In this document: piece after piece, positions 13,383 through 27,377 of the stretch | How the letters are laid out: every line of letters begins with the position of its first letter | How positions within the stretch are numbered: the stretch's first letter is position 1 | Assembly (NCBI GenBank): GCA_951406725.2 | Contig: OX597831.1 | Location: 30,876,001 to 30,940,000, forward strand | Source of the DNA: Octopus vulgaris | Taxonomy: Eukaryota | Direction: 5' to 3' | DNA: 64,000 bases | The notes under the pieces: generated by a model | Seen by the model: the letters and a program-made list of their open reading frames with translations, nothing else | Told to the model about the DNA's origin: nothing | Database searches by the model: none | Program-made: the position numbers and the translations under genes

Positions 13383-14389
13383 TTTATTATGACTGTTGGT
13401 TATAAATTGTAGTTAATATATATATATATAGTTTGTTTGTTTTCTTCTTACTATTAACGCATTTCGAATAAGAATTAAAGTATATATATATATATAATAT
13501 ATATGTATGTAAATATATATATATATATCCACTCAGAAGAAGAGGAAAACAAACCGTAATAATTAATAATAATAGCAATAATAATAATTAATAATAATAA
13601 TAATACTGATAATAATAATAATACTAGTAATAATAATGGTACTAGTAATAATAAACAAATTTCTCAATAAACAGAAATACAAAGAAATAATAAAGATAGA
13701 GAAAGAGAGAGACAAAAGATTTGAAACAAATCAAAAAAGAAAACAAACGGGGAGATGATGATCACTAAAGCTCTCCTCCTTCAACTTCACCTTTCTACTC
13801 TAAGTATCACTCCAGCCGCCACTCCAAGTGCCACTCATAGTTGCACTTGGAGTTACTAGTGGTAAAAGGAAGTCGGAAGAAGATAGATATTATGCCCTAG
13901 CCGCTTTTTGCTTTTTTACACCACCACAGATCACGGGATCAAAATACGCTCTTCCCTCTCTTTGAAGTCCATACGAACCAAGTGAAGAAAGAAAAAAAAA
14001 ATTAGGAAAGAAAGTGAAAGAAATAGAGAATAAGAAAAAAAGGAAAGAAAAGCGTAAGAACACAAAATTCCCAAGATATATACGCTGACCTCCTTCTGTT
14101 TTCTCTCTAGTTACTCTATTTATAGTTTCCCCTTCTTGCCCTGCCACCACTCCCCTGCCTCCTCCATCACTTCTTCTGTCTCTGTCTATCTCAGTATCTC
14201 GCACTCACTCACTCACTTACTTACTCACTCGATCACTCACTCACTCACTCACTCACTCATTCTCTCCCGCACACTCACACACTCACTCACTCACATAGAT
14301 GCACACACACATACACACGCACACACACACAAATTACTTCTCCTCTGACTCAGGCAAAAATATTCCATTCTCTGCACTACATTTACCAA

Positions 14390-14391
<2 letters not shown>

Positions 14392-14436
<45 letters not shown>

Positions 14437-14438
14437 AG

Positions 14439-14535
<97 letters not shown>

Positions 14536-14541
14536 TTATCA

Positions 14542-14627
<86 letters not shown>
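14392..14627. repeat. (TATC)n microsatellite
   Basis: Direct reading. Confidence 0.95.
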
Positions 14628-15487
14628 TTAATGGTATGCATGTCCACACACATAGTTGTATATATATATAATTAACATTTATATGTGTACATGTTTGTAT
14701 GTATGCATGTAAAATATATATGATATATATTCTTTAAGACGTGTTTTTGCGAACACACAAACTCAAATTAAGACTATACCACACTTCTCTCTACTTTTTT
14801 CTCTCTCTCTCTTTTTCTCTCACTCACTCTCACTGATTTTTTTTTTCCTCACTCTTTCTCTATTTCTCTTTCTTATACAACAGAAGAAAAAAAAAACCTG
14901 TAAAAATTGAAAATATTTAAGAGTTTCTTCTGCAACAAAAGCCACGCTGCTTACAAATGCTTACATATGCATACGTACACCCCCCCCCTTATATTTACTT
15001 ATATACATACATACAAACATACATCATACATACATACATACATACATACATACATACATACATACATACATACATACATACATACATGCAAAGGTATGTA
15101 TGTGTTTCTTTATACACATATGTAATACGATGTCAACAAGTACTTTTTATTAGTTTGCGTTTCTACGACAAAAGTCTGCTTCGCTTAATCATAAAACTTT
15201 TTTTTGTGTAGTAATATAAAATGTTGTTAGGGTATAAATAATTACTAATGATATTTGTAATTGTCATTATGATTATAATGATAATTATAATAATTGGGTG
15301 AAAAAAAAGTTTCAAACGAAGGAACGGAAGAAGAAACGATGGGAGAACACAAAACGGCGCGGAGATAGAAAGTAATTTCGTTGGCACTAAAACCTGTAAA
15401 ATTGAGGGAATAGAAATCAACTTTATCATCATAGCCGTTATAGCAGTAGCAATAGTGGTCATAGAACTAGTAGTAGTAGTAGTAGTG

Positions 15488-15518
<31 letters not shown>

Positions 15519-15635
15519 CAGCAGCAGCAAGAACCGTTATGATTAAATTTAAATCTTTCTCGCACTCTCTCCATACATACGTACACTCATTTATAGATAC
15601 ACACGAGCACATACATCCATACACACACATACACA

Positions 15636-15680
<45 letters not shown>

Positions 15681-16071
15681 CACGTTTGTCAAAATTCTAC
15701 CTAGTAATATATATGTTTAACGGTATGATAACAATTTTTCAAGGCTCCAGTTATGAGTATTAAGAAAGGAAAAAAAAAAAAACAATACAATACAAAGTAC
15801 CCTGGAAATATTAAAGCATTAAATTCAACAATTAATAGAAAGAAATTTTAAACAAATAATCACATGAATGAATGAATGAATGAATTTATAAATACACAAG
15901 AGAAGGAACAACAACAACAAAAAGCAAGGAAGAAATCACAACGAAACTTTCAAACGAACAACAATAATTTTTACTTCAGAGTGTATTATAGTTTTTTTTA
16001 ACATACAATTTCATTATTTTTAATTGTAATGACATATGCAGAGGATAAAGGTTTGTCGAAAACTGCATTAC

Positions 16072-16111
<40 letters not shown>

Positions 16112-16134
16112 CATATACGAGTGCGTGTAATGTT

Positions 16135-16166
<32 letters not shown>

Positions 16167-17024
16167 TTTTTTTTTTCTTTTCTTCTCTTTTCTCGTTAAG
16201 TTCTTTTTGTTTTTTTTTTTGTTTAGTGTAGTCTTTGTCACCCAGTCTCTCCGCAAAGTCCTGAAGTACAGACAAAAAGAAAGGCTTCTACGGCTATTTC
16301 TACTCAGGAAAAGCATCACATCTTGCTATTTTTATATTTTTTCGGTATTTGGGACAGTTCGTTCAATATTTTATTCTCTCAATATATATGTATATACATA
16401 TACACACACAAACATACACAAAAACGCACACACATATAAATATATACATACATATATGTATATATATACACACACACATATATAGATATATTCATATATA
16501 TATATATATACTTATATATGCATATATATATATATATATATATATACATACACATACACACACACACACACATATATGCATACACACACACACATATATA
16601 TATACATATATATATATAATCGGGCAGTTGTTTTAATGTTTTGAGCTGTTAAAAGTTTCCGATATATTTCATCCTTTATTATTACAAGGATACAACTGAT
16701 ATTAAAATGTTTCGATATCGCTGATATCATATCATTTATACAACCAATGTTATGGTTCAACGCCCTTCAGGCCATTCTTGTTTTCGTTTTTTTGTTTTTT
16801 TTTTTTGTTTTCCCAAAGTTAGTAATAATCGGGAAAAAAAAATTAGTTTGCACAGACATGCTATGTGTGTTTGTATATGAGTGTGTGAGTGTGTATGTAT
16901 TATATAACGACCTGCGTGTATGTATGTGTATGTACACATACAATACATACATACATATATATACACATACAAACCTACATACATAGAGAGAAATACACAC
17001 ACACATACACGCACATATATATCA

Positions 17025-17088
<64 letters not shown>

Positions 17089-17187
17089 ATATGTATATAT
17101 ATATTATGTTAACTGTCTATTAAAGTTTCCGGTAATACATATTTATTGTATATACAATAAGTATAAATGAATATGTATACATTTATG

Positions 17188-17256
<69 letters not shown>

Positions 17257-17789
17257 ATATAATGTATGTATGAATGTATGTATATATAATGCATGTGTGT
17301 GGGTGTTGTGTGTGTGTATCCGTGTGTGTGTGTCCGTGTGTGTGTGTATTCTATACACAGTAAAACTACATATACACATGTCTATGAATAAGCTTGTCTG
17401 TTCATATACTCTCTCTCTCTCTCACTCTCTCTCACTCTCTCTCTCTTTCTCTCTTTTTTTTTTTCTCTTCTTTAATCGACCCCCCGTATATATATATGTA
17501 CAAAATATCTGGATTCACTGCTTATGCGGTGGTTCCGCTTAATACACGAACACCGTGCTTCGCGGCCGAGAGAACGCGGTAAACAGATCGCGCCCGCCTA
17601 TTTCCCTCTCGACGAAGGCTCTCTTTTCTTTCACTCTTCCTATTATCGTCATCGCTTCAGCTATAATAATGTTTCTCGACACAAGCTCTGCCGCCGCTAC
17701 CGTTACCGTTATCACGGCTGCTGTTGTTATTGTTGATAGCGCTGTTACTTCGCTTATAGTTGTTGTTGCTTGTTCTATATCCGGCATTG

Positions 17790-18071
17790 TTGTTGTTGTT
17801 GTTGTTGCTACTGTTGCTGTTGTGTTCTTGTTCTTGTTATTGTTGCTGCTGCTGTTGGTAGTGATGATGTTTTAGCAAATATCTTCTCTATTGTCATCAT
17901 CATCACCATCACCATCATCATCTTCATCTTCGTCGGTATAGTTGCTGTTGTTCTTGTTCTTGTTATTGTTGCTGCTGCTGTTGGTAGTGATGATGTTTTA
18001 GTAAATATCTTCTCTATTGTCATCACCATCATCACCATCATCGTCATCATCATCTTCGTCGGTATAGTTGC

Positions 18072-18102
<31 letters not shown>

Positions 18103-18395
18103 AGTGGTGGCGGTGGTGCTGGTGCTGGTGGCGGCCGTGCTGATTGTCGCAGTGGTGGTGGTGGTGGCGGCGGTGGTGTCGGTGGTGGTGTTGTTAGTGT
18201 GGTTGTTGTTGTCTTCGTTGTCGTTGCTGTTGTTGTTGTTATTGTTAGTGGTGGCGGCCGTGCTGATTGTCGCAGTGGTGGTGGTGTCGGTGGTGGCGGT
18301 GGCGGTGGTGGTGTCGGTGGTGATGTTGTTAGTGTGGTTGTTGTCGTCTTCGTTGTCGTTGTCGTTGTCGTTGTTGTTGTTGTTATTGTTGTCAT
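17790..18395. repeat. (GTT/GGT/CAT)n low-complexity tract with two internal ~120-140 bp duplications
   Basis: ttcttgttcttgttattgttgctgctgctgttggtagtgatgatgttttag occurs twice, and ggcggccgtgctgattgtcgcagtgg occurs twice. Confidence 0.85.
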
Positions 18396-18488
18396 CAGAA
18401 CTACAGTTGTTGACGACGGTTTTATAAAGCCCGGCTTGGCTCTTGTCTCCATCTTAGACACGTCTAACTCCACTCAGTCAGCATCTTC

Positions 18489-18519
<31 letters not shown>

Positions 18520-19066
18520 ATTCTATAAACCAACTCCCTTTACATTATTCTTTCTTTCCCCCCCCCCATCTCTCTCTCTCTCTCGGTAACACACACTCTC
18601 ATCCTTTCTCCCTTTCTCTCACTCTCTCCCTCACTCATTCTTACATTTCTCTTCAGTTATCTCTCACTCCACTTTCTTCCTCCTCCCCCTCTCTCTCTAG
18701 ACATGTATGTATATATGAGTGTGTGTGTGTATATATGTATACATATATATATATATATCTATATCTATCTGTCTGTATGTATATATGAGTGTGTGTATAT
18801 ATGTATACATATATATATCTATATCTATCTGTCTGTATGTATATATGTATATATATATGTATGTATATATGTATGTATGTATACGTGCTTCTGTACTTCC
18901 TATATGCGCATGCCAGTGTATATTTGTTCACCTGTCCATCCACCCTCTATCTTTCTGTCTGTCTGTCTGTATATATATCTATGTATTTATTTATCTATCT
19001 ATCTATCTATCTATCTATCAATCTATCTATCTATCTATCTTTCTATCTATCTCTTTCATATGTTCC

Positions 19067-19120
<54 letters not shown>

Positions 19121-19148
19121 TTACACTGTCTTTCAATATACATGTGTT

Positions 19149-19188
<40 letters not shown>

Positions 19189-19713
19189 TGTGTCTGCGAG
19201 TACTTGTGTGTGTGCGTGTTTCTATGTGTGTGTATGGTGGATGAGTGCATCTGCGTGATCTACAGGTTCGTCGTTACTCTTTCCGTCTCTCTCTCTCTCA
19301 CCATCTGTCTGTCTGTCTCTCTCTCTCTCTGTCTCTGTCTCTCTCTGTCTCTGTCTCTCTCTCTCTTTCCTAGACACGTTCCCCCAATTTCCTTTCAAGC
19401 ACAACCACATATATACACACAAACGCAAACACACACACACACACATTAACGACACACAACCACAAACTTACACATTCATTATAAACATTCCCTCCCCCGC
19501 CACTCTCTTATCAATAGTACCCTTGCTAATCCTACACAACCTTACCAACCATGCCAGCCACCTCAATCCAAACCTCCCTCGCGTATAATATTTCACTGAT
19601 TTTCATCTGTCCATTACAATATTTCTTCTTTCCATTTCTTAACTTTTCTGCTGTTTACATCACCTTTTTCTATAACCCCACCATTTTTCTATCCTAGTTT
19701 TCTACATAGGCAG

Positions 19714-20185
<472 letters not shown>

Positions 20186-20944
20186 CCATCTGTATGTCTC
20201 TCTGTCTATCTATTTGTATGTCCCCCTATCTATCTGGGGCACCACCTTAAAGCATTTAATCGAACAAATCGACCCCAGTACATATTTTAAGCCTGATAAT
20301 TTTTTTATCTGTGTCTTTTGCCGCACCGCTATGCATTCGTCCGGCATACTAATGATTCTGCCAGCTTCACGCCTTGCATAATAATAATAATACTTATTAT
20401 GCAATGTGCAAGGTGCAGCATATAGATTTGCCCATTATTCAGTTCATCATAATACAAAAGGTGAAAGACAAAACGGAATAAGTAGAACAAGAAGAGACAC
20501 GTGGGATAGAGTGTTACTGAAGAGGTCACAGAAGGTGATAAAAGAATTTGAGAAAGAATCTAAAATAAAAGTATAAAATTGAAGTGAAGACCAAATATAG
20601 TGCGTGTTTTTAAATGGCAAATTATGACTATACCCAAATATAATATCATTATATAAAATGTTTTAGGCTTTGGATACTGAAATCTTACCAGTTGATTGTT
20701 ATGTTAATTGACAATATATTAAATATATTTAAAATTCAAAATGGCTATCCTTTGCTTTCATCTTTGTCCTTGATCTTGTCTCAGCTGAAGTTCCAATAAT
20801 GGGTAAATTAATAATAGGTAAACGAATATTCTGCAGCTGGTGTATTTCATGATATTACCAGAAGTCATTTCTTGAGAACCGCTGTGATAAAGTAGTACAC
20901 GCGATTCCGAAGAAATAACTCCTAGTGTTATTCTGTATTATACA

Positions 20945-21461
20945 CTAGCAGTATCGCCCAGCGTTGCTCGGGTTTGTAAGGGAAATAACTATATAAGCAT
21001 TTTTAGAGAGTTACTTCCCTTATAGATGCCAATTCGGGCTTTCTGAGCCATTTCTGTTTTGGCGTCTTCAAGCCATGAAGTCGTTGTTCTAAAAGAACCC
21101 TGGTCTCCTTGACAACGCATTACGACGTTGATTTCATTACACTCCCTTCCCCACAGCTTCACGAGGGAGGGAAGAAGGGGGAGAAGCAAACACAGGTGCA
21201 GGTGTTTGAGCGTGGACGCCAACTCCGCCGCCATCGACACACGAAATATTATGCATTAAAATGGAATAAAAAATGATGTTAAATTATTTTTAAAATCGTA
21301 GACTCATCGTAGACGCGCGCTAATAGCCAGACGGGCTCGATATAAATTACGACTATAAGATACCCGAATTTGGTTAAACTGCACCGCAAAATGTGGGAGT
21401 AGTTAGGAATCTAAATCGAAGGGGACAGGCACTCACACAACTACAGTTTTATATATATAGA
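20945..21461 (-). mobile_element. Non-autonomous Helitron family H1
   Basis: Minus strand begins TC(TATATATATAAAA) after a host A and ends with a GC-rich subterminal hairpin plus CTAG before a host T. No TSD. A second copy is at 41952-42247. Confidence 0.8.
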
Positions 21462-21774
21462 TTACATAATACGCATGACTAAATTGTCATTAGCGTTCAT
21501 GTTTATAGATACGATGCGTGATCGATCACCTGGGAGGCGTTGAAACAATTGTTAAGCTTGGAATAAACGTTATACCATAAACTCCACTCTTCACATATTA
21601 TATTTGTACTCTATAACGGAAGTAAACCTTACGGTTTTTCCTGTTTGTTCGAAACCCTTACACAAACTTTATACAACTTCAGATAGCCACACCGAGTGCT
21701 ATCTGGTGAAACGACCTGGATTTTGTAAGCCCCACAACCTCAACGCATACACACACACAATTATATATAAATAT

Positions 21775-21982
21775 ATTCTTTTATTCTTTTACTTGTTTCA
21801 ATCATTTTTTGACTGCGGTCATGCTGGAGCACCGCCTTTTAGTCGAGCAAATCGACCCCTGGACTTATTTTTTGCAAGCCTGGTACTTATTCTATCAGTC
21901 TCTTTTGACGAACCGCTAAGTTACGAGGACGTAAACACACCAACATCGGTTGTCAAGCGATGGTAGGGGAACAAACACACAA

Positions 21983-22034
<52 letters not shown>

Positions 22035-22175
22035 CGACGGGCTTCTTTCAGTTTCCGTCTACCAAATCCACTCACAAGAATTTGGTCGGCTCGAGGCTAT
22101 AGTAGAAGACATTTGCTCAAGATTCTACGTAGTGGGACTGAACCCCGAACCATGTCGTTGGTAAGCCAATTTCTT
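21775..22175 (-). mobile_element. SINE family B
   Basis: Matches the family B consensus. Confidence 0.8.
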
Positions 22176-22348
22176 ACCAAACAGCCACAGGATTCCATAC
22201 TGTTTCCGTATACCAAACTCACTCCCAAGACATTAGCAGACCCTGGGTTATATAGTAGAAGCCACTAGCTAGGTGCCGTGCTGTGGAACTGATCTTGAAA
22301 CCACACGGTTGCAAGGTGAGATTCTTAACCATAAAGCTTTCAGATAAT

Positions 22349-22600
22349 AATAATAATAATAAATCTCTGAGCGGTGCTTACCATACGTTGATAAGAGGCA
22401 ATGACCTCGAAACCGGTCCGTATGTAGTATCCGTATCTTCGAGGGAGGATGACCTCCCTCTACAGGCAAACAAGGACACTGATATGGTGTCAGTCCTTCT
22501 GGTGACGTTGATGATCGCCTGGGGCTAAAAGCATCAGTAACACCCCCGCCACCCCGCCCTGTCCCTAGCCACATTCAGATGGCTGATCCCCCTTACGTAG
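22349..22600. mobile_element. 252-bp TSD-flanked non-coding retroposon carrying a hammerhead ribozyme
   Basis: An 11-bp direct repeat tttcagataat lies at 22338-22348 and 22601-22611, with (TAA)n at the left end. Confidence 0.7.
22382..22424 (+). ncRNA. Minimal type I hammerhead ribozyme (U3-A8 covariant core, GUC cleavage site)
   Basis: CATACG-TTGATAA-GAGG-CAATGA-CCTC-GAA-ACCGGT-C-CGTATG: 6-bp stem I, 4-bp stem II and palindromic stem III. Confidence 0.8.
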
Positions 22601-22953
22601 TTTCAGATAATGTTTACCCACTATATAACTTGCGCACATACATATTAAAACTCACAGCGGATTGTAATATATACTTATGTATATGCATGACACTTCCAAG
22701 GTTTCTTATTATTTCGTTCCATTAAGAATTCATATCAGCGTAGATGATATAATAGAAGTCAGGGTTTATATATGTTTGCGATAACGTAGCGGTTAGGTGG
22801 AAAATTGCATTTGTGTAATAAATCGCTGGTTACTATGTTGTGAAATACTTGAGTGTGTAAACATGCATCTAAATATATATACGTGTGTGTGTGAAGAGAG
22901 GAAGAAGGAGAGAATGTAGGTGTTTCTGTTTGTATCTTAGAATTGGACTTGCA

Positions 22954-23279
22954 AACTGGTACTTAATTTCTCGACCTCTAAGGGATGAAAGGCAAAGTCG
23001 ATCTCGGCGGAATTTGAATTCAGAACGTGAAGACAGACGAAATACCTATTTCTTTACAACCCACAAGGGGCTAAACATAGAGGGGACAAACAAGGACAGA
23101 CAAACGGATTAGGTCGATTAGATCGATCCCAGTCCACAACTGGTACTTAATTTATCGACCCCTAAAGGATGAAAGGCAAAGTCGACCTCGGCGGAATTTG
23201 AACTCAGAACGTAGCGGCAGCCGAAACACCGCTAAGCGTTTCGACCGTCGTGCTAACGATTCTGCCAGATCGCCGCCTT
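22954..23279 (-). mobile_element. SINE family A, partial tandem dimer
   Basis: Two bodies are joined at gacgaaatacctatttcttt. Confidence 0.85.
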
Positions 23280-23624
23280 AATGGTATGTTTTAGACTTAT
23301 TTCCAACTCGGTTCCAAGATTTAGCAGACTCTCACAGTACAAGAAACTTCATAACAAATTTATCTCGGTAGTATAAGACACTGGGTTTCGAACTGGTACT
23401 TATTTAATCCAGACCCCGAAAGGAATGAAAGTTTGACAAGGAGTCAGACAACTTCGGCGGAATCATTGGACCTCATCAAGAACGTAGCATGGCAGCCGAT
23501 AACACTCGCTAAGCGTTATTCAGCATACTACAGTCGTGCGGTAACGGAGCACTTCTCATTGCCATATACCGTGTGCGTGTATGTGTGTGTCTGTGTGCGT
23601 GTGGGTGTGTGTGAGTGTTTATGT

Positions 23625-24053
23625 ACTCTTTTACTCTTTACTCTTTTACTTGTTTCAGTCATTTGACTGCGGCCATGCTAGAGCACCGCCTTTAGTCGAG
23701 CAAATCGACCCCGGGACTTATTCTTTGTAAGCCCACTACTTATTCTATCGGTCTCTTTTGCCGAACCGCTAAGTTACGGGGACGTAAAAATCCAGATGCG
23801 CGTAATTCTCAAATTATGAATGAATGTTTGACAAGGAGCAGACAACTTCGGGTCTATTCGACACATACATATATATATATACATATATACGACAGGCTTC
23901 TTTCATAATCTCTCGTCGTTATTCAGCATACTAAAGTTACATGAGCGGGGCTATAGCAGAAGACACTTGCCCAAGATGCCACGCAGTGGGACTGAACCCG
24001 GAACCATGTGGTTGGTTAGCAAGCTACTTACCACACAGCCACTCCTGCGCCTA
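23625..24053 (-). mobile_element. SINE family B with scrambled middle
   Basis: Both ends match the consensus; 23790-23945 is interleaved with foreign sequence. Confidence 0.7.
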
Positions 24054-24154
24054 TGTATGTATATTTTGATGGAAAATTGCATTAAAATGCTTAAACGCAA
24101 AAGATTCCATCCGATCTTTCGGTATGTTGCGGTATGCGTGATAAAGCAGCCACA

Positions 24155-24495
24155 GCCTTTAGTCGAGCAAATCGACGCCGGGACTTATTCATTGTAAGCC
24201 CAGTACTTATTCTATCGGTCTCTTTTGCCGAACCGCTAAGTGACGGGGACGTAAACACACCAGCATCGGTTGTCAAGCAATGCTAGGGGACAAACACACA
24301 CACATACACATGTATATATATATATATATACGACGGGCTTCTTTCAGTTTCCGTCTACCAAATCCACTCACAAGGCATTGGTCGGCCCGGGGCTATAGCA
24401 GAAGACACTTGCCCAAGATGCCACGCAGTGGGACTGAACCCGGAACCATGTGGTTGGTTAGCAAGCTACTTACCACGCAGCCACTCCTGCGCCTG
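24155..24495 (-). mobile_element. SINE family B
   Basis: High similarity to the consensus. Confidence 0.85.
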
Positions 24496-24525
24496 TATGT
24501 ATATTTTGATGGAAAATTGCATTAA

Positions 24526-24770
24526 GAAGCCCGTCGTATATATGTATATATATATATGCATATGTATGTGTGTTTGTGTGTTTGTGTTTGTCCCCCTAGC
24601 ATTGCTTGACAACCGATGCTGGTGTGCTTATGTCCCCGAAACTTAGCGGTTCGGTAAAAGAGACCGATAGAATAAGTACTGGGCTTACAAAAAAAGAATA
24701 AGTCCCGGGGTCGAGTTGCTCGATTAAAGGCGGTGCTCCAGCATGGCCGCAGTCAAATGACTGAAACAAA
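24526..24770 (+). mobile_element. SINE family B 3' half, inverted relative to the neighbour
   Basis: aagaagcccgtcgtata...cagtcaaatgactgaaacaa. Confidence 0.85.
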
Positions 24771-25194
24771 GTTGCAGCAAAATTTACAACAGTATTTCTG
24801 AATGAGTGTTAAAAGCTAATATCTTAAAAACAGCAAACAGAGACCTCCGTTAATAGTAGTGGCATGAAAGTTCAGTAGTTTTGTGAAGCGACATAGCAAT
24901 CTATTGCAACATATGCTGTTTCTCAAGGAAGCAAAAACAACCGTTATATATATCGAGGACGAGTAAGAAGGATGTCTTGTCGAGAATGTTCCAGATTGTA
25001 CTGAGTAGGCCATTTCATAGCCTTCATATAAAATATAGAAATACAATTTTCTCTGTCTCTGAACATGAAAGACTGTATACATTGTGTGGGGATATACAAA
25101 GTAAGTCTAACGGAATTTAACCTAAAAAAAAATAATAATTCGACAGCGCTAGATTCTATTAAAAGGAAAGGATTTAGACAGAAGTTTGTGTACA

Positions 25195-25598
25195 TAGGCG
25201 TAGGTGTGGCTGTGTGGTAAGTAGCTTGCTTACCAACCACATGGTTCTGGGTTCAGTCTCACTGTGTGGCACCTTGGGCAAGTGTCTTCTACTATAGCCT
25301 CGGGCCAACCAAAGCCTTGTGAGTGGATTTGGTAGACGGAAACTGAAAGAAGCCCGTCGTATATATGTATATATATATGTGTGTATATGTGTGTGTGCCT
25401 GTGTTTGCCCCCAACATCGCTTGACAACCGATGCTGTGTGTTTATGTCCCCATAACTTGGCAGTTCAGCAAAAGAGACCGATAGAATAAGTACTAGGCTT
25501 ACAAAGAATAAGTCCTGGGGTCGATTTGCTCGACTAAAGGTGGTGCTCCAGCATGGCCACAGTCAAATGACTGAAACAAGTAAAAGAGTAAAAGAATA
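25195..25598 (+). mobile_element. SINE family B, full length
   Basis: Head tggctgtgtggtaag (A-box-like), ggttcagtctc (B-box-like), accttgggcaagtgtcttct, and a (GTAAAAGA) tail. Confidence 0.85.
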
Positions 25599-26829
25599 GA
25601 TGTTCCCTACACCTATCTCGAAGAGAATTAGGGCGAAGAAATTAATCTGGTTCTATTCAGTTCTTGTATGAGCTACCGGCAGCATTAACGCTCGTATTAA
25701 CTGACATTGCCTTGATAATCCGAAATTATGAGGCCATCGTATCTATTCGCACCCGAGTGTATCCAAATTAAATAATCGAACAAGATCCATGTCCTCTGCC
25801 ACGAGTTTTAGCCTATTACCCACCACTCTAAGCACGGTCAACTTCTTGTAAATCAACTTAGACTGCAAGACAAACAAGTACTAAGTATACAAATATATGA
25901 AAGGTTTGCATCAAGTCTATTAAAGCAGACAGTCGTGAATTCAAAAGAGAATGTATTCAACAGAGTATGTCTAATAAGAAGACGTTCTTCTATGCAAACA
26001 TAAACAATAAAACAGCGAAAATTGTGCGCCAGAATTTCAGACGTTGATCAAAGGGCAAATGTATACAGCTGTTCAGAAGGTAAAAAATCATATAAGCAGA
26101 TCATAAAAGAAAGATATAGCTAAAGTATATAAACAATATAAACTTAGCTCTTAATAACATAAAAAAAAACAGCTCTTTTAATGACGAATTAGACACAGAG
26201 ACAGGAATACGCTTAAGCAAACTACTCAAAGTAAGAATCTCTTTGCTCAGACAAGAAGATATATTCCTCAAATTTTGACAACATATAAGTCAGCCCACAC
26301 CAAATTATATTCATCAGTCTACGTACCAGCATTCCCTTACATCTGAACTGTGACAAAAACAGAAGAGTTAAAATCAAACAACTGTAAGAAAAATCTAACA
26401 GATAAAACGTTATATATCGAAGATAAAAATTGAAGGTGAATGTAATAAAACTGATATATACAAGAGATAATAATAACTACATACTCAACATGAAACTTTA
26501 GTAAGAAAACATTTCACAATTTAGAAATAGTGACAACAATAAAATATATAAGCCTGACAAGAGTAATATATTCATACTCATGGATGAACATGAATATAGT
26601 GCAAAGATTAACATTTTACTCGAAGATGAAAACAAATTTATAAATATTTCAGAAAGATAATGCCGTCCAATTGAAAGTTAAAATAACCCAGTTAAAGCAA
26701 TAAATTGTACACATGAAAACCACTTATTTCCCTTGTATGAAAAATATTTCACTTCCCAGCACATACCTAGGGAACAGTAATGATGTGCAAAACAAACCTT
26801 ATAAATCCATAATATTTTAGCTAAATACA

Positions 26830-27042
26830 AGACAGAGAGATTGCAGAAACGCTAGTCCGTCCAGCAAAAATGCTTAGCGGCATTTCGTCTGTCTAAATGT
26901 TCTGAGTTCGAATTCCACCGAGGTCGGCGTTACCTTTCATCCTTTCGGGATCGATAAAATAAATACCAGCTGAGCACCGGTGCCGATGCAATCGTCTTGC
27001 TCCTCACCCAAAATTGGTGGCTTTGTGTCACAGTTTGAAATC
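26830..27042 (+). mobile_element. SINE family A variant (alternative 3' tail) with 19-bp TSD
   Basis: TSD aatattttagYtaaataca at 26811-26829 and 27043-27061. Confidence 0.85.
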
Positions 27043-27121
27043 AATATTTTAGTTAAATACATCAACCATATATGATCATTAAATTGTGAGATAACACTTA
27101 TCATATAATACAGGTGACTAG

Positions 27122-27377
27122 TGTGGAGGGGCGTGGCTTAGTGGTTAGGGTGTCAGCACCACGATCGTAAGATTGTGGTTTCGATTCCTGGACCGGGCGA
27201 CTCGTTATGCTCTTGAGCAAAACACTGTTTCACGTTGCTCCAGTCCACTCAGCTGGCGAAAATGAGTAACGCTGCGATGGACTGGTGTCCCGTCCAGCTG
27301 GGGAACACATACGCCATAGAAACCGGGCCCATGAGCCTGGCTAGGCTTTAAAAAAAAGGGCTCATTTATTTTATTTT
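27122..27377 (+). mobile_element. SINE family D (tRNA head, V-domain-like gcgatggactgg..cccgtccag) with 13-bp TSD
   Basis: A-box tggcttagtgg and B-box-like gtttcgattcc; TSD tacaggtgactag at 27109-27121 and 27378-27390. Confidence 0.85.

Noticed and set aside
17770-18528. 252-aa and 221-aa low-complexity ORFs
   Set aside because: (GTT/GGT)n repeats open on both strands; no evidence of coding.
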